A stretch of 64,000 nt of DNA, taken from IMG/VR virus record IMGVR_UViG_3300020048_000018, positions 96,001 to 160,000 of that record; one strand, 5' to 3'. The stretch comes from a virus. The notes below the pieces were generated by a model. It was not told where the DNA came from. It saw nothing but the letters and a program-made list of their open reading frames with translations, and ran no database searches. Position numbers and translations under genes: made by a program. Shown here piece by piece: positions 8,987 through 19,167 of this stretch; position 1 is the stretch's first letter; every line of letters starts with the position of its first letter.

Positions 8987-10381
8987 ATGGCAGCAATTTC
9001 AAAGAAAGCGAACGATTTTCTAACATCAGGTATCGCATTTAGATCGGGAGTAAACGGCGTAAATGCCAATGGTAGAATTATTTCTTCTGTTGGTGATCCT
9101 AACGGACAGACTATTGTACCTACTCCTAGTGCGGGTACGGTTTGTATAGATGCAAACACTGGTGCAATGTACCAGTATGTATCTGGTACTTCATGGAATA
9201 CCTTCACAGTTGGTGGAACGGTAACAACCCTAGACTTTAAGAACTCAGTAAGAGTAGCTTCAACTGCCAACGTTGCAACCCCTCTTACTACTGCACCTAA
9301 CACGTTGGACGGGATTTCTCTTATACAAGGGGATCGTGTTCTCTTAAAGAATCAGACACTTGGTCAAGACAATGGTATCTATGTTGTTACAACTTTAGGT
9401 ACTGGTGCCAATGGTGTATGGACTAGAGCATTAGACGCAGATTCTTCTGCTGAGTTTAATACTGGAGCATTTATTCCTGTTGAAGAAGGAACCGTAAATG
9501 CAAGTTCATTCTGGCTCTTAACTACTGTAGCCCCAATCGTTCTCGGTACTACTCCAATTGTATTCAAGAACTTTGGTACGTATGTTGCAGGTAATGGTAT
9601 TACCCTTACAGGTAATTCAATCTCTGTTACAGCTCAAGCCGCTAACGCTGTTCAAGTTACGGGATCTGGTGTTGGTTTAGTTCTTCCTGCCGTGTCGGGT
9701 TTAGCTCAATCAGCTTCTGGACTTAACGTTGTTGTTGACCCTACAACTCCAACTTTATCAATGACTGCAACTGGTCTTAAAGTACTTATTCCTACTGCAT
9801 TAACAAGTGGTTTGACTGCTACTGCCGCAGGTCTTGTGGTAGAACTTGATGAAACAACTGGTGCATTAGCTCACAGTGCTTCAGGTCTTAAAGTTGTAAC
9901 CCCTGCTGTTGAAACAAGTGGTTTAACAATCTCTGGAACCGGTATCGCAGTTACTCTTGACCCTTCGTCAGGTCTTGTACATAGTGCAACGGGTATTAAA
10001 GCTGTTGTTGATACAACCAATGGTTCTACTGCACTTGTTGGTAATGCTATTGTAGTACCGGGTCTTTCAAGAAAAACAATTGCTTCCTCAACTGCTTCTC
10101 AAATTGTGGATACTATCCCTCTTGCATCTTTCACAGGTGCTAAATGGTTAGTAAATATTAAAAATGCAACTGGTGCAAGATATCTTACTGAAATCCTCAG
10201 TGTAGGGGCAGGTCTAGGACTTGTTGATTCAACTGAGTATGGTACAGTTGTTCTCTCTGGTGCAACACCTTTTGTTGCTAATCCCGTTCTTACTGTAACC
10301 GCAGATGCAACTAATATGATTCTCACGTATACTGGTGACGCTTCAGTCGCTATCAATGTTGAAAGAACTGCATTAGCTTAA
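8987..10381 (+). CDS. Virion fibre/decoration protein
   Basis: KNSVRVASTANV...GDRVLLKNQT..DNGIYVV..WTRA.DAD..VEEGT is a common phage structural domain. Ala/Gly/Thr-rich GLxxSxxGLxV repeats. Confidence 0.75.
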   Translation: MAAISKKANDFLTSGIAFRSGVNGVNANGRIISSVGDPNGQTIVPTPSAGTVCIDANTGAMYQYVSGTSWNTFTVGGTVTTLDFKNSVRVASTANVATPLTTAPNTLDGISLIQGDRVLLKNQTLGQDNGIYVVTTLGTGANGVWTRALDADSSAEFNTGAFIPVEEGTVNASSFWLLTTVAPIVLGTTPIVFKNFGTYVAGNGITLTGNSISVTAQAANAVQVTGSGVGLVLPAVSGLAQSASGLNVVVDPTTPTLSMTATGLKVLIPTALTSGLTATAAGLVVELDETTGALAHSASGLKVVTPAVETSGLTISGTGIAVTLDPSSGLVHSATGIKAVVDTTNGSTALVGNAIVVPGLSRKTIASSTASQIVDTIPLASFTGAKWLVNIKNATGARYLTEILSVGAGLGLVDSTEYGTVVLSGATPFVANPVLTVTADATNMILTYTGDASVAINVERTALA

Positions 10382-10398
10382 CAGTTTAAGTTTTTAAT

Positions 10399-10429
10399 GG
10401 AGGGATACTCAAAAAGAGTATCCCTTTTT
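10399..10429 (+). terminator. Rho-independent terminator
   Basis: agggatactc-aaaaa-gagtatccct plus T-run. Confidence 0.85.
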
Positions 10430-10464
10430 AATTAAGCACTAATTAAATATAGAGGTTTATTAAA

Positions 10465-11298
10465 ATGAGTTCCAATTTAGATTTTACAGTTAAGGGTCTT
10501 GGGATTAAAACAGGTCCCTCGGGATTAAACACCTCTGGTAGAATTATATCTTCGATAGGAAACCCAAATGGTCAAACAACTCTCCAGTCACCTGATGTAG
10601 GGACACTATGTATAGATTCAACTACTGGGGATGTATATAAGTTTGTCTCTGGTACAATTTGGAATCCCTATGTTAGTAGAGCTTATTTTGAATCTGTTTT
10701 AGGTACTAATCCTCAAGGAGGTGCCTCAACAGTACAAGAAAGGTTAACAACTATTTCAAACTTTGCTTCACCAAATGCCGGTGGATATATTTCAGGAAAT
10801 TATTATGACAATAGTTTTCATGGATTAACAAGTGGGACTAGAAGAAGGGGTTCTAATAATACTTTAGAGCTTTCACCTTTTTTTACAAATATTTTTTTAA
10901 CAATAGATCAACTAGGTGTAGCGGTTTCAACTTCAAATGGTACAGGAACTGTTTCAATTTATACCTCTGGAAATGATGGATGGCCCTCAGAAAAAGTATT
11001 TGAGACTCCAACAATAAATATGGGTTCTACTGGATACGCTGGAGCTACAGTAAGTTTCACATTCTTGCCGGGTGTATTATACTGGTTTGGAACATTTACT
11101 ACAACTAGACCAACATTAAGAGCAGTTAATCTAGGAAGTTCAGTAAACTTAGGGTTAGCAAGTAATAATGGGACAGGAACAAACTCAATAATATCTCTTA
11201 CAGAACAAAGCACTCCAACCCCTACAACCTTACCAGTTATTATTGATAGTATGTTACTTTCCCTTACCCCAATATCTGTAAGATTTAGAGCTGTTTAA
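10465..11298 (+). CDS. Virion fibre protein, N-terminal paralogue of 8987..10381
   Basis: Shared GRIISS(V/I)G(D/N)PNGQT...GT(V/L)CID..TG..Y..VSGT.WN segment. Confidence 0.7.
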   Translation: MSSNLDFTVKGLGIKTGPSGLNTSGRIISSIGNPNGQTTLQSPDVGTLCIDSTTGDVYKFVSGTIWNPYVSRAYFESVLGTNPQGGASTVQERLTTISNFASPNAGGYISGNYYDNSFHGLTSGTRRRGSNNTLELSPFFTNIFLTIDQLGVAVSTSNGTGTVSIYTSGNDGWPSEKVFETPTINMGSTGYAGATVSFTFLPGVLYWFGTFTTTRPTLRAVNLGSSVNLGLASNNGTGTNSIISLTEQSTPTPTTLPVIIDSMLLSLTPISVRFRAV

Positions 11299-11308
11299 GG
11301 AGATTATA

Positions 11309-11743
11309 ATGAGAAGTACAATTAATAATAATGGAATAGAGGAAGTCGAGTTTTCAGGAGACTTAGTACAAAACAGAGCGGAAGCTTTTTTAATTGTAAA
11401 AGAGAATTTTGAACATATAGCAAAAACAAATACTTTTATAACTTCTTTAGGTTTTGAGGCAGACAATAGATGGATAGATAAAAATGATATTGATAATGCT
11501 ACCTGTTGTATTGAAGCATGGTTTGAGGGTCAAGAAATCGCCTATTTTAGGGATACACAAAATGAGACTCACGTAATTAATTTAGAGCAATTAAAACTTT
11601 TGAAAAAAGAAGCACAACAAAATAGACTTTTAAAACTTTCAACAAAATGGAAAAGAGAATATTTTATCGAACTTGCAACCAGCTTAGAACAGGTGTGGAA
11701 TTTAGTAGATGCTTCTGAGGAGTATATTCAGTCAATTGTCTAA
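11309..11743 (+). CDS. Tail-fibre assembly/chaperone-like protein (DUF4376-like)
   Basis: Directly follows the fibre gene. FRDTQNETHVINLEQL motif. Confidence 0.5.
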   Translation: MRSTINNNGIEEVEFSGDLVQNRAEAFLIVKENFEHIAKTNTFITSLGFEADNRWIDKNDIDNATCCIEAWFEGQEIAYFRDTQNETHVINLEQLKLLKKEAQQNRLLKLSTKWKREYFIELATSLEQVWNLVDASEEYIQSIV

Positions 11744-11770
11744 AAAAAGAGGTCTTAAAGACCTCTTTTT
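11743..11770. terminator. Bidirectional terminator
   Basis: aaaaagaggtc-ttaaa-gacctcttttt between convergent genes. Confidence 0.8.
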
Positions 11771-11773
11771 AAT

Positions 11774-12625
11774 TTAAGAAAACTTAATTGCAAAATAAAA
11801 TATTATACTAAAAACAGAAAGTACAGAAATACCAACTATCAAGGGGACTCTCATTATCCAAATCCATTTTTTTATTTTTGTACTTAGATAATTTCTTTCT
11901 TTATAAAGTTTTGCACTATCTCCATCTACTGCACTCCAAGCCTCTTTAATAAACTTAAAGTCTTCATAAGGAAGAATAGTATAGCCCTTGTTTGCCCAAG
12001 AAGTGCCCCAGCTATTCCTTACAATAAATCCTAATTCATCATATCCTACAATTGTCATTGCATGTTTACCTACCTTTATGTCTTCTACTCTTTCTTTTTT
12101 CCAAAGAGAAGATCCATAATTGTATACATCAACAACTATCATGCAAGGTCCATAGGCAATTAAAGCTTTTTTCATACCATCAATTGTTTTAACCTTTGCA
12201 TAGCTTTTTATTGCGAAAGGAAGCGAGTTTTTAATTAATTCTGAGGAAGGGATACTGATAAGCTTTTCGTTATCAACATAAGGAAACTCCTTTTCCAGAG
12301 AAATTCCTTTTGTGTATAAAATTGACATAGCATCTCTTGGATACATACCACTAAAAGGTTTAGTCATTCGTTGGGAATATACATATAAGGGGCTAGTGTA
12401 TCCTTCAATTTTAGAATCAATCTTCTCTTGATAATCTTTTATTGTGGAAACCGTCATAGCAACACAAGAGCCTAGAGTGCCTTGATTTCTGACAGGAAAA
12501 AGTTTATCTACCAATGAAAAAGTTTCTGGTAGATTTGAAGAAAATGCAATTGACTTGAAAACTTTTTCAATTTTCCAATCACGCAAATCAAATTTAGACT
12601 TTAAAGAACCTAAATAAAAATCCAT
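11774..12625 (-). CDS. C1 (papain-like) cysteine peptidase with C-terminal TM
   Basis: VRNQGTLGSCVA (Gln/Cys), KHAMTIVGY (His), VRNSWG (Asn). Hydrophobic tail. Confidence 0.9.
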   Translation of the reverse strand: MDFYLGSLKSKFDLRDWKIEKVFKSIAFSSNLPETFSLVDKLFPVRNQGTLGSCVAMTVSTIKDYQEKIDSKIEGYTSPLYVYSQRMTKPFSGMYPRDAMSILYTKGISLEKEFPYVDNEKLISIPSSELIKNSLPFAIKSYAKVKTIDGMKKALIAYGPCMIVVDVYNYGSSLWKKERVEDIKVGKHAMTIVGYDELGFIVRNSWGTSWANKGYTILPYEDFKFIKEAWSAVDGDSAKLYKERNYLSTKIKKWIWIMRVPLIVGISVLSVFSIIFYFAIKFS

Positions 12626-12631
12626 AATAAA

Positions 12632-13279
12632 TTACTCCTTATCCCCAAAAATAGATTCACCTTTAACAAGCCAAGATGTACCAAAAGCATATAACATAAT
12701 AAACTCAATGATTAAAATAATAACATTGTCCTGCATTTCTACTCTACTTATTATCAAAGTCATAACAGATAAAATAATAAAACCAACAGCCATAATTAGA
12801 CCACAAGAAATATAAATTAAGTTTCTAAGTTTCTTTTTATCTGTCATGGTCTCTTTATTTCCTGTCCTTGTGAATAAAAAAATACAATTATAAGATAAAA
12901 GTAAAAAGAAGGTAGTAGCAAAGAACAGATGAATCCAACCCGAAATGAAAGGAGGTAATTGAAATACTCCTATAGGTAAAACTCCGTCATTAACCGTAGA
13001 TGCAGGAACAAGAGCAATAATTATTCCAGATATTCCAATTAGGGTTGTAATTATGTTATCCAATTTTGAGTATCCAAAATAAGTTATACAAAACAGACTT
13101 ATACCAAATAAAATTCCTACAAACACATCTTGCATATTAGTATAATAATATGCGCTTATATTTGGTTGTATACCATGTTTACTTAATATTCCCCCTATCA
13201 AACATGACAAAGGCAATAAAAAAGCTAAAAACCCTATCAACCTTCTTAAGCTTCTATACGAGATAATAATTGAATCCAT
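12632..13279 (-). CDS. Multi-pass membrane protein (DUF998-like)
   Basis: SYRSLRRLIG, ISAYYYT and HLFFA motifs, about 5-6 TM segments. Confidence 0.7.
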   Translation of the reverse strand: MDSIIISYRSLRRLIGFLAFLLPLSCLIGGILSKHGIQPNISAYYYTNMQDVFVGILFGISLFCITYFGYSKLDNIITTLIGISGIIIALVPASTVNDGVLPIGVFQLPPFISGWIHLFFATTFFLLLSYNCIFLFTRTGNKETMTDKKKLRNLIYISCGLIMAVGFIILSVMTLIISRVEMQDNVIILIIEFIMLYAFGTSWLVKGESIFGDKE

Positions 13280-13359
13280 TTAATAACTCCTTCTGAATTA
13301 GTTGGTTTTTAAATCTATTTTTAAAAAAGCAACTAATTTTTCAGAGAAGGATTTTAAAA

Positions 13360-14064
13360 TTGAATAATAGTTATACTAAAAAAGCAAAAGATATTGTTCT
13401 TTCAATAAGTAGCAATTTAACACATGACACAATAGAAGAACTTATAGATATATCTATAGATATGTATGAAATGTTTGTTGAAAACTTAGATGAAAGAAAA
13501 GGGATTATTTATCACATGATGGATATTTTACACAAGGATATTCCCTTACAAGCCAAATGCTATTTAATTTCTCATAAGCTTTATGATAAGTTTATTAGAT
13601 TAGTTAAAACAGATTTACGAGAAACAACAACCTCAGGAGCTTTTTCAGGATTTACACCAGAAAATGCATTAAGGGTTTCAAGGCTTGGATATATTTATGC
13701 TAATCCTCAAGACTATCAATATAAATTAAGAGAATCGTCTGAGGATATACTTATACCTTATGATATAAGTCTTGAACACTTTTATTTTACCTATGATAAT
13801 GGGAAAAATCCTAAAGGAAACCCCTCAGACAAAACCCTTTCAGGAGATAAGGAACTAATTGCTAAGGAATCTTTTTCAAATACTTTTCCAGAGGGTTTAG
13901 AGGGACAAGCAGTACGAGTTCTCATAGACTATACTGATATAGTTGAGTTAAGACTTTTAATTACCTTAACTAAATTCTTGGAACTTGAGAAGAAGGTCTA
14001 TGCAAAAACTGTTTTGATATTCAAGGACATTGAAGAAGCAAGAAGTCTTGGTTGGGAAATATAA
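13360..14064 (+). CDS. Hypothetical (putative late/inner-head) protein
   Basis: TTG start after AAGGA and ACTAATT. LRE motifs. Confidence 0.6.
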   Translation: MNNSYTKKAKDIVLSISSNLTHDTIEELIDISIDMYEMFVENLDERKGIIYHMMDILHKDIPLQAKCYLISHKLYDKFIRLVKTDLRETTTSGAFSGFTPENALRVSRLGYIYANPQDYQYKLRESSEDILIPYDISLEHFYFTYDNGKNPKGNPSDKTLSGDKELIAKESFSNTFPEGLEGQAVRVLIDYTDIVELRLLITLTKFLELEKKVYAKTVLIFKDIEEARSLGWEI

Positions 14065-14074
14065 AGGAATTACC

Positions 14075-14374
14075 ATGGGATACAATTACTCAAACTTTTC
14101 AACAGAAAAGAAACAAATTATTAATGATTATATCATGAGATTATTAGATATTTGCTATCCTGAGGGTGATTATCTGGGAGCTGAAGAAACCACCCTAAAA
14201 AATGTTGCTTTAGACCTTGTTTATCATATATTAGATGTTGGCTATAACGAAGAAACACTTCTTGTATATGTTGTAAACTACGTGGATTCCAACTTTGAAA
14301 GCTTCGAAAAAGACCTTATTATTGAGGTATTGATGGATTTAGCAGTAGAATTTAGAAAAAGTACGAATTCTTAA
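14075..14374 (+). CDS. Hypothetical protein
   Basis: AAGGA RBS before ATG 14075. Confidence 0.6.
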   Translation: MGYNYSNFSTEKKQIINDYIMRLLDICYPEGDYLGAEETTLKNVALDLVYHILDVGYNEETLLVYVVNYVDSNFESFEKDLIIEVLMDLAVEFRKSTNS

Positions 14375-14377
14375 AAT

Positions 14378-14413
14378 AGTTTTGAACTTTTTCTAAAAAT
14401 GCTATATATTATA
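14378..14413 (+). promoter_or_regulatory. Sigma70-like (early) promoter TTGAAC-N17-TATATT
   Basis: TTGAAC at 14382-14387 and TATATT at 14405-14410. One of four near-identical copies. Confidence 0.8.
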
Positions 14414-14439
14414 AGTGTAAGGTAAAGGGGAATAAAAGA

Positions 14440-14790
14440 ATGGTATATTTTATTGACACAGAGGCACTTTTAACTCTCCAAAAGCTCTTTAATCTCTTTT
14501 CTTACGAAATTATTGGAAAACGGCTAGTTTGCATCAAAAAACTGGATTCGTCCTTCTCACCCCTACAATACAGCAAAAAATACCGGAAAATTACCCTTAA
14601 ACTGTATGGAAAAATCTTTTTGGCTTGGACACCAGAACTTCTTCAGAAAGTGTGCATTGATAGTAATAAACTTGTTACCAAACTTATTGCTGAGTTCGGA
14701 GACTTCACAAAAGATCCTGCTTGGGATTCCATAGACACCCTTGACAGGCTAACCCTTACTGATATTGCAAAGTCAACCATGACTAAATGA
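14440..14790 (+). CDS. Hypothetical early protein
   Basis: Follows the conserved promoter and an AAGGGG RBS. Confidence 0.7.
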   Translation: MVYFIDTEALLTLQKLFNLFSYEIIGKRLVCIKKLDSSFSPLQYSKKYRKITLKLYGKIFLAWTPELLQKVCIDSNKLVTKLIAEFGDFTKDPAWDSIDTLDRLTLTDIAKSTMTK

Positions 14791-14828
14791 GAAAAAAGAC
14801 TTGTTGAGTCTTCTAAAATACTTCGCAA

Positions 14829-14905
14829 CGGGGAGGAATCAAAAGGGTTCCTCCCTTTTCTTTTTTAAAATAAAAAAGAGGAACTTTTTCAAGTTCCTCT
14901 CCTTT
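14829..14905. terminator. Pair of terminators between convergent genes
   Basis: ggggaggaa...ttcctccc+T and gaggaact-tttttc-agttcctc hairpins. Confidence 0.7.
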
Positions 14906-16321
14906 CTAATTTGCTTTTCCAAAAAGCTGTTGGTAAACATTTGCAAGTGATTTTCCAGAGTTGCCCCCAGATAGTGCAGTCTGTAAATATCCGTTTCTTT
15001 CTAATTGGATGGCTAACGCTCTTTTAATATTACTAAAAAGATTCATAATATGTTCTTTGTTTTTACTTCTACTTATATAGGAATTCAACTTAATGATTTC
15101 TTGATTAGCAGTTAGTTTAATGTACAGACTATTTAAAACCGAGTTAACGGTATTAGAAGCGGCAACATCAGAAGAAACCTTTCGACCGGTCTCAGAGTCT
15201 ATTATCAATCCATTTTCTGCTTGACCTATAGTATTTCTTAAGGAAATATATATTTCATTCGGGTTTTGAATAGACTTTAAAAAACTGGATTCTCCAATAA
15301 CATTTCCACCTTTTTCAATAACAGGAACCTTAAAATTATTTATCAGTTTAGCTAACTGAGTATAAAGACCTTTTGTTGAAGTCTCAGTTAATTTTTTTTT
15401 TGACTCTGCAAGTAAGCAGAGTGCATCAATGATATTTCCATTAGTTTCTTTTAAGGCTTGCTTGTTTGAGGTTTCATCGAAACCAAATCTATCACACACA
15501 AACTCAAAAAGACCCTCATCGGATGGCTTTTCCTCATTAGAGTAATAGTCATCAAAACTTGCTTCGTAAGCTTCATCACTATAGTCATTATAATAAGGGG
15601 GTTCTAAATCAATATCATTGCTAAAATCAACTTCATTGTCGTTATCTATCATAACATTATCTTGGTCATAAATAATTGAATTAATAGTTTCTTCAATTAT
15701 ATATCTATCTGTTTCTACCCCTGCTGAAATTACCATATCAACAAGTTCATCAACTTCCATAGTTCCTACATAAGGGCTTATGATGTTTAAAATCTCAAGG
15801 TCAGCATCATAGAGTGAGTCCTGTATAGCCCCAGTGTAATCATATGATTCAAGAGTATCTTCCATAACGGCATCTGCAATCTCAGTTGATTCTTGCATGG
15901 ATTGTGCTTTATCATTTAGATAGTTTGTAAGAATTTTGGTTTCTGAGGAAGTTCCACTATTAACTTGTGCCTGTAGTAAAGCCGCATCAATCTTAGATTT
16001 AACTTCGGTTTCATTTTTCTTAGCATCATCGCCTAAAGATGAAATGATTGCTTGGGTAATCTTATCTTTATCAGTAGTAGATGCACTTGAAATTTTATTT
16101 ACATCAAGTCGCCCCATCATGGCATCGATAGAATCCTCAAGTTCCTCATTTAACTTTTTCCCAGTTAGTTTAACTTCACTTAGCTTATTCAAGCTAATCC
16201 ATTTTCTGGATTCATTAATAACGATTTTTTCACCATTCTTTTCAGAGATATAACCGTTAAAAGAGGTTCCAGTTTTAGTAGTTGCAGAAACTGTTTGTCC
16301 ATTTAAATATTTTTTCAACAT
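14906..16321 (-). CDS. Acidic hypothetical protein, putative inner-head protein
   Basis: 471 aa. Repeated INES, LNEE, MQES, LKET, LAES, LTET motifs. Confidence 0.6.
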   Translation of the reverse strand: MLKKYLNGQTVSATTKTGTSFNGYISEKNGEKIVINESRKWISLNKLSEVKLTGKKLNEELEDSIDAMMGRLDVNKISSASTTDKDKITQAIISSLGDDAKKNETEVKSKIDAALLQAQVNSGTSSETKILTNYLNDKAQSMQESTEIADAVMEDTLESYDYTGAIQDSLYDADLEILNIISPYVGTMEVDELVDMVISAGVETDRYIIEETINSIIYDQDNVMIDNDNEVDFSNDIDLEPPYYNDYSDEAYEASFDDYYSNEEKPSDEGLFEFVCDRFGFDETSNKQALKETNGNIIDALCLLAESKKKLTETSTKGLYTQLAKLINNFKVPVIEKGGNVIGESSFLKSIQNPNEIYISLRNTIGQAENGLIIDSETGRKVSSDVAASNTVNSVLNSLYIKLTANQEIIKLNSYISRSKNKEHIMNLFSNIKRALAIQLERNGYLQTALSGGNSGKSLANVYQQLFGKAN

Positions 16322-16375
16322 AGCGTTTTAGTCCTTAAACAAGAGATATATAGTTAGTTGTATATCTTTTATTAG

Positions 16376-16741
16376 TTAATTATTCGTATTTTTAAAAGTA
16401 TCAGAGGTTTTATCGAACTCTAACGTAGCTTTTCTTGAAAAAATAGCAGACGATTTAATTCCTTTCTCAATCTTACCATCAGGAAGTCTTCTAAGAACAA
16501 GAGCAACAAATCCATTCTCAGGTTTTGAATAAGAAAAATCTAAGTTTAAATCCGTACCACCTAAGTCTTTAGGTAACTGTACCGTCCTTTCATCAACTGC
16601 CAGACATTCAATAGCTACTGCTTTATCTAAAGGTAGATTGGATAAAAACTCTTGAAAAGATTTAGTTATTCCATGAGCTAATAGAATATCATTTTCAATA
16701 TTCTTTTTAAATCTTTCTTTTTTTTCTTTTCTTTGACTCAT
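16376..16741 (-). CDS. Hypothetical protein
   Basis: Packed minus-strand operon. Confidence 0.65.
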   Translation of the reverse strand: MSQRKEKKERFKKNIENDILLAHGITKSFQEFLSNLPLDKAVAIECLAVDERTVQLPKDLGGTDLNLDFSYSKPENGFVALVLRRLPDGKIEKGIKSSAIFSRKATLEFDKTSDTFKNTNN

Positions 16742-17272
16742 TTAAGTCCCGTCCTTTGGCTTTCTTGTTTCTTCATCATACTCAAGGGTTGCATATAGTC
16801 TACTGCAATCTTCTTTTATCATAGGTTTTCCACCTTTAACAAAAATAAAGTTTGCCATACCATCTTCATCAATAAAACCATTCTCTTCCAAGTAGTCAGA
16901 TAGAATATTTAATCCGTCAGAACCTTCTAATACTCCGAAAAATACTTCAATAAGAATTTTCATACTTAAAAAATATTTTCCCTCTACGTATTGTATAAGA
17001 GAAGACCTTGAACCCTCTTGCACAGTACCCATTACAAGAATTGTCTTAAAATCAAATTTTTTGCATAGGTCAACAAGCTCTTCCATGTTTAACCCATTAG
17101 AAAACATTGTCCATGTGTTTATAATCTTAAAGTCAGTATCACTCATAGATAAAAACTTGCTGATTAAAAGGCTATACATCCTAACTACTTCTTCATATAC
17201 GTCAAGAGTCTTACTAGCCTGTTCGTTGAAAATTTCATTTTGTGTTTTTTCTTTCTTCTTAAAAAATCCCAT
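16742..17272 (-). CDS. Hypothetical protein
   Basis: Packed minus-strand operon. Confidence 0.65.
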   Translation of the reverse strand: MGFFKKKEKTQNEIFNEQASKTLDVYEEVVRMYSLLISKFLSMSDTDFKIINTWTMFSNGLNMEELVDLCKKFDFKTILVMGTVQEGSRSSLIQYVEGKYFLSMKILIEVFFGVLEGSDGLNILSDYLEENGFIDEDGMANFIFVKGGKPMIKEDCSRLYATLEYDEETRKPKDGT

Positions 17273-17627
17273 CTTTTAACCTTCTTCTGAGGATATTCTG
17301 ATGTGTCCCAGACCCTTCTCGTCTACTCCAAGCAATATCATAATCAGTATTTTTTGTACAAAAGGAATCACGTTCTTCATCAGAGTCAAATCCCCCAAGA
17401 GTTTGGAACCTTTTCACATGATTTCTTGGTGAATCTTTCATATGTACTACAATTACATCTTCATAATTCTGTCTATCCAGATATTGCTGAACCAACAAAT
17501 CTGCACCTTCGTAATCACAGACATATATTGTATCTTCATTAATCATTGCCAAATTCAATTCTATGTAATAATGAAGATTAAACTCTTTCATGGTCAAATC
17601 TCTATGACCTGATACAAAAACTTTCAT
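17259..17627 (-). CDS. SLOG/YspA-like nucleotide-binding protein
   Basis: KVFVSGHR, GAD, RD...K and SGT motifs. Confidence 0.6.
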   Translation of the reverse strand: MKVFVSGHRDLTMKEFNLHYYIELNLAMINEDTIYVCDYEGADLLVQQYLDRQNYEDVIVVHMKDSPRNHVKRFQTLGGFDSDEERDSFCTKNTDYDIAWSRREGSGTHQNILRRRLKDGIF

Positions 17628-17681
17628 ATATTGTTCCTCTCATATTCAGATACATAAGGAGTTACACAAAAAGGTTTTTGT

Positions 17682-18215
17682 TTAGGTTTTGATTTTCGAA
17701 ATAACTTGTTCAACAACACTATTATAACCTTCTTCATTTCCTTCTATCTCCCTAAATCTAATCCAGTTTTCATTCAAGAATGTTTTAATTGTCTTAGCAA
17801 TCTGGTCACTTTCATCCTCAGTTTGAAAACGTCCTACAGGATTATACTCTTTAACTCTCTTTACAAAAAAGTTTAAGTTATTATAAGTATTAAATACCTC
17901 TAAAACTAATGCGTCAAACTTGGTTTTAAGCTGACCTTCATAAGGATTATATATGCTTGAAACATACAAGGGTGCATCCGTTATAATTACATCTACTTTA
18001 CCAGATGCTCGGCTTATCTTAAACGATTGTTTACCAAATATGTAGAGCTGATTTTCGAATACGGCTTTTGTATCTTCCCACTGTTTATCTTTGCAAAATT
18101 CACTCACATACTCACAATTAATCCCTGCCATTTTAAGCTTAGAAAAAATATAGGCTGACCCTGTACTTTTCCCTGCTCCCGGTTGTCCTGACAAATTCAC
18201 AATTAATGTTTCCAT
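17682..18215 (-). CDS. P-loop nucleotide kinase-like ATPase (AAA_28/NadR-like)
   Basis: NLSGQPGAGKST Walker A, VIITDAP, R.Q.EDES. Confidence 0.75.
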   Translation of the reverse strand: METLIVNLSGQPGAGKSTGSAYIFSKLKMAGINCEYVSEFCKDKQWEDTKAVFENQLYIFGKQSFKISRASGKVDVIITDAPLYVSSIYNPYEGQLKTKFDALVLEVFNTYNNLNFFVKRVKEYNPVGRFQTEDESDQIAKTIKTFLNENWIRFREIEGNEEGYNSVVEQVISKIKT

Positions 18216-18216
18216 T

Positions 18217-19167
18217 CTACACCCTCCACATCTTTTCAATTATTTTTTCAAACTTATATATCTCAGATTTTGAGAAATTATATTTAGATACCACATTAGA
18301 ATAAAAGAAGTCTAATGGTTCATTCCTATTTTCTTCACTCATTGCACAATAGTCTGCACACATCTCTACAAGAGAGTAATCATCTATTGGTTCTGTCCTA
18401 TCAGTAAACTTCCAATAATCAGGATGATGTTTATTCTCTATTCTATGAATAGAAGTAGCTTGTTTTAAGATAACCGAAAGTTCATTTCTTGTTGCATCAT
18501 CCATGTAAGGTAAAAATTGTTCTCTACCAAATTTGCATCGCATCTTTTCAGTAAGCAAAGCATATTCTACGATTATTTCTCTACTAAACTTATGACTATC
18601 ATGTTTTATTACGGTATTGTATAGTTCCTCAAAATCCATTTTCTCAACAAAATCTTTTCCGAAACCTGTTTCATCAAGTTTTATATCAGCAATAAACTTC
18701 TTGGTGAATTTGATAACTCGTTGAATATGATTAATTGTCCTATAGTAAAAGTATTCCCGCATATCGTCAGTTATGAGCTGTGTTAAAGGGTTTCTATTAT
18801 TTCGAGGGTTTGAAAAGTTCCTGAGACTTACATAATAAGGAATGAATCTCCAATCAATATTAAGTAGGCAGTTATCATCAATGCAGGTATCTCCAAAAGC
18901 TTTTGGATAGGGCTTATATTCAAGGTAAGGACAATTCTCATTAATCTTATCATACTTAACACCATTATTGGTTAGGAAGTTTTTCACATCTTCAATATGT
19001 TCGTCCATGAATCTTGCAGTCCAGATAATAATGTAGTATCCATCATCATGTAATTTATTTATAGCTTCTTTTGCATAGGGCTTTAATTTCCCTGTTTCGC
19101 AGGAGAAGGGCCAACTTTCAGTTGCACAGGTATCGTCAAAGTCTATGAGTAAAACTTGAGGTCTCAT
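18217..19167 (-). CDS. HAD-family phosphatase fused to DUF5662-like HD domain
   Basis: N-terminal LIDFDDT, IIIWTAR, IDD motifs. C-terminal HIQRV, KHDSHK, NKHHPDYW, EMCADY motifs. ATGA-coupled to the upstream HNH gene. Confidence 0.7.
   Translation of the reverse strand: MRPQVLLIDFDDTCATESWPFSCETGKLKPYAKEAINKLHDDGYYIIIWTARFMDEHIEDVKNFLTNNGVKYDKINENCPYLEYKPYPKAFGDTCIDDNCLLNIDWRFIPYYVSLRNFSNPRNNRNPLTQLITDDMREYFYYRTINHIQRVIKFTKKFIADIKLDETGFGKDFVEKMDFEELYNTVIKHDSHKFSREIIVEYALLTEKMRCKFGREQFLPYMDDATRNELSVILKQATSIHRIENKHHPDYWKFTDRTEPIDDYSLVEMCADYCAMSEENRNEPLDFFYSNVVSKYNFSKSEIYKFEKIIEKMWRV

Noticed and set aside
8941-10356. Antisense ORFs within the fibre gene, and similar ones at 15936, 29138-29866 and 35498
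   Set aside because: Shadow ORFs of strongly biased sense genes, with low-complexity translations.
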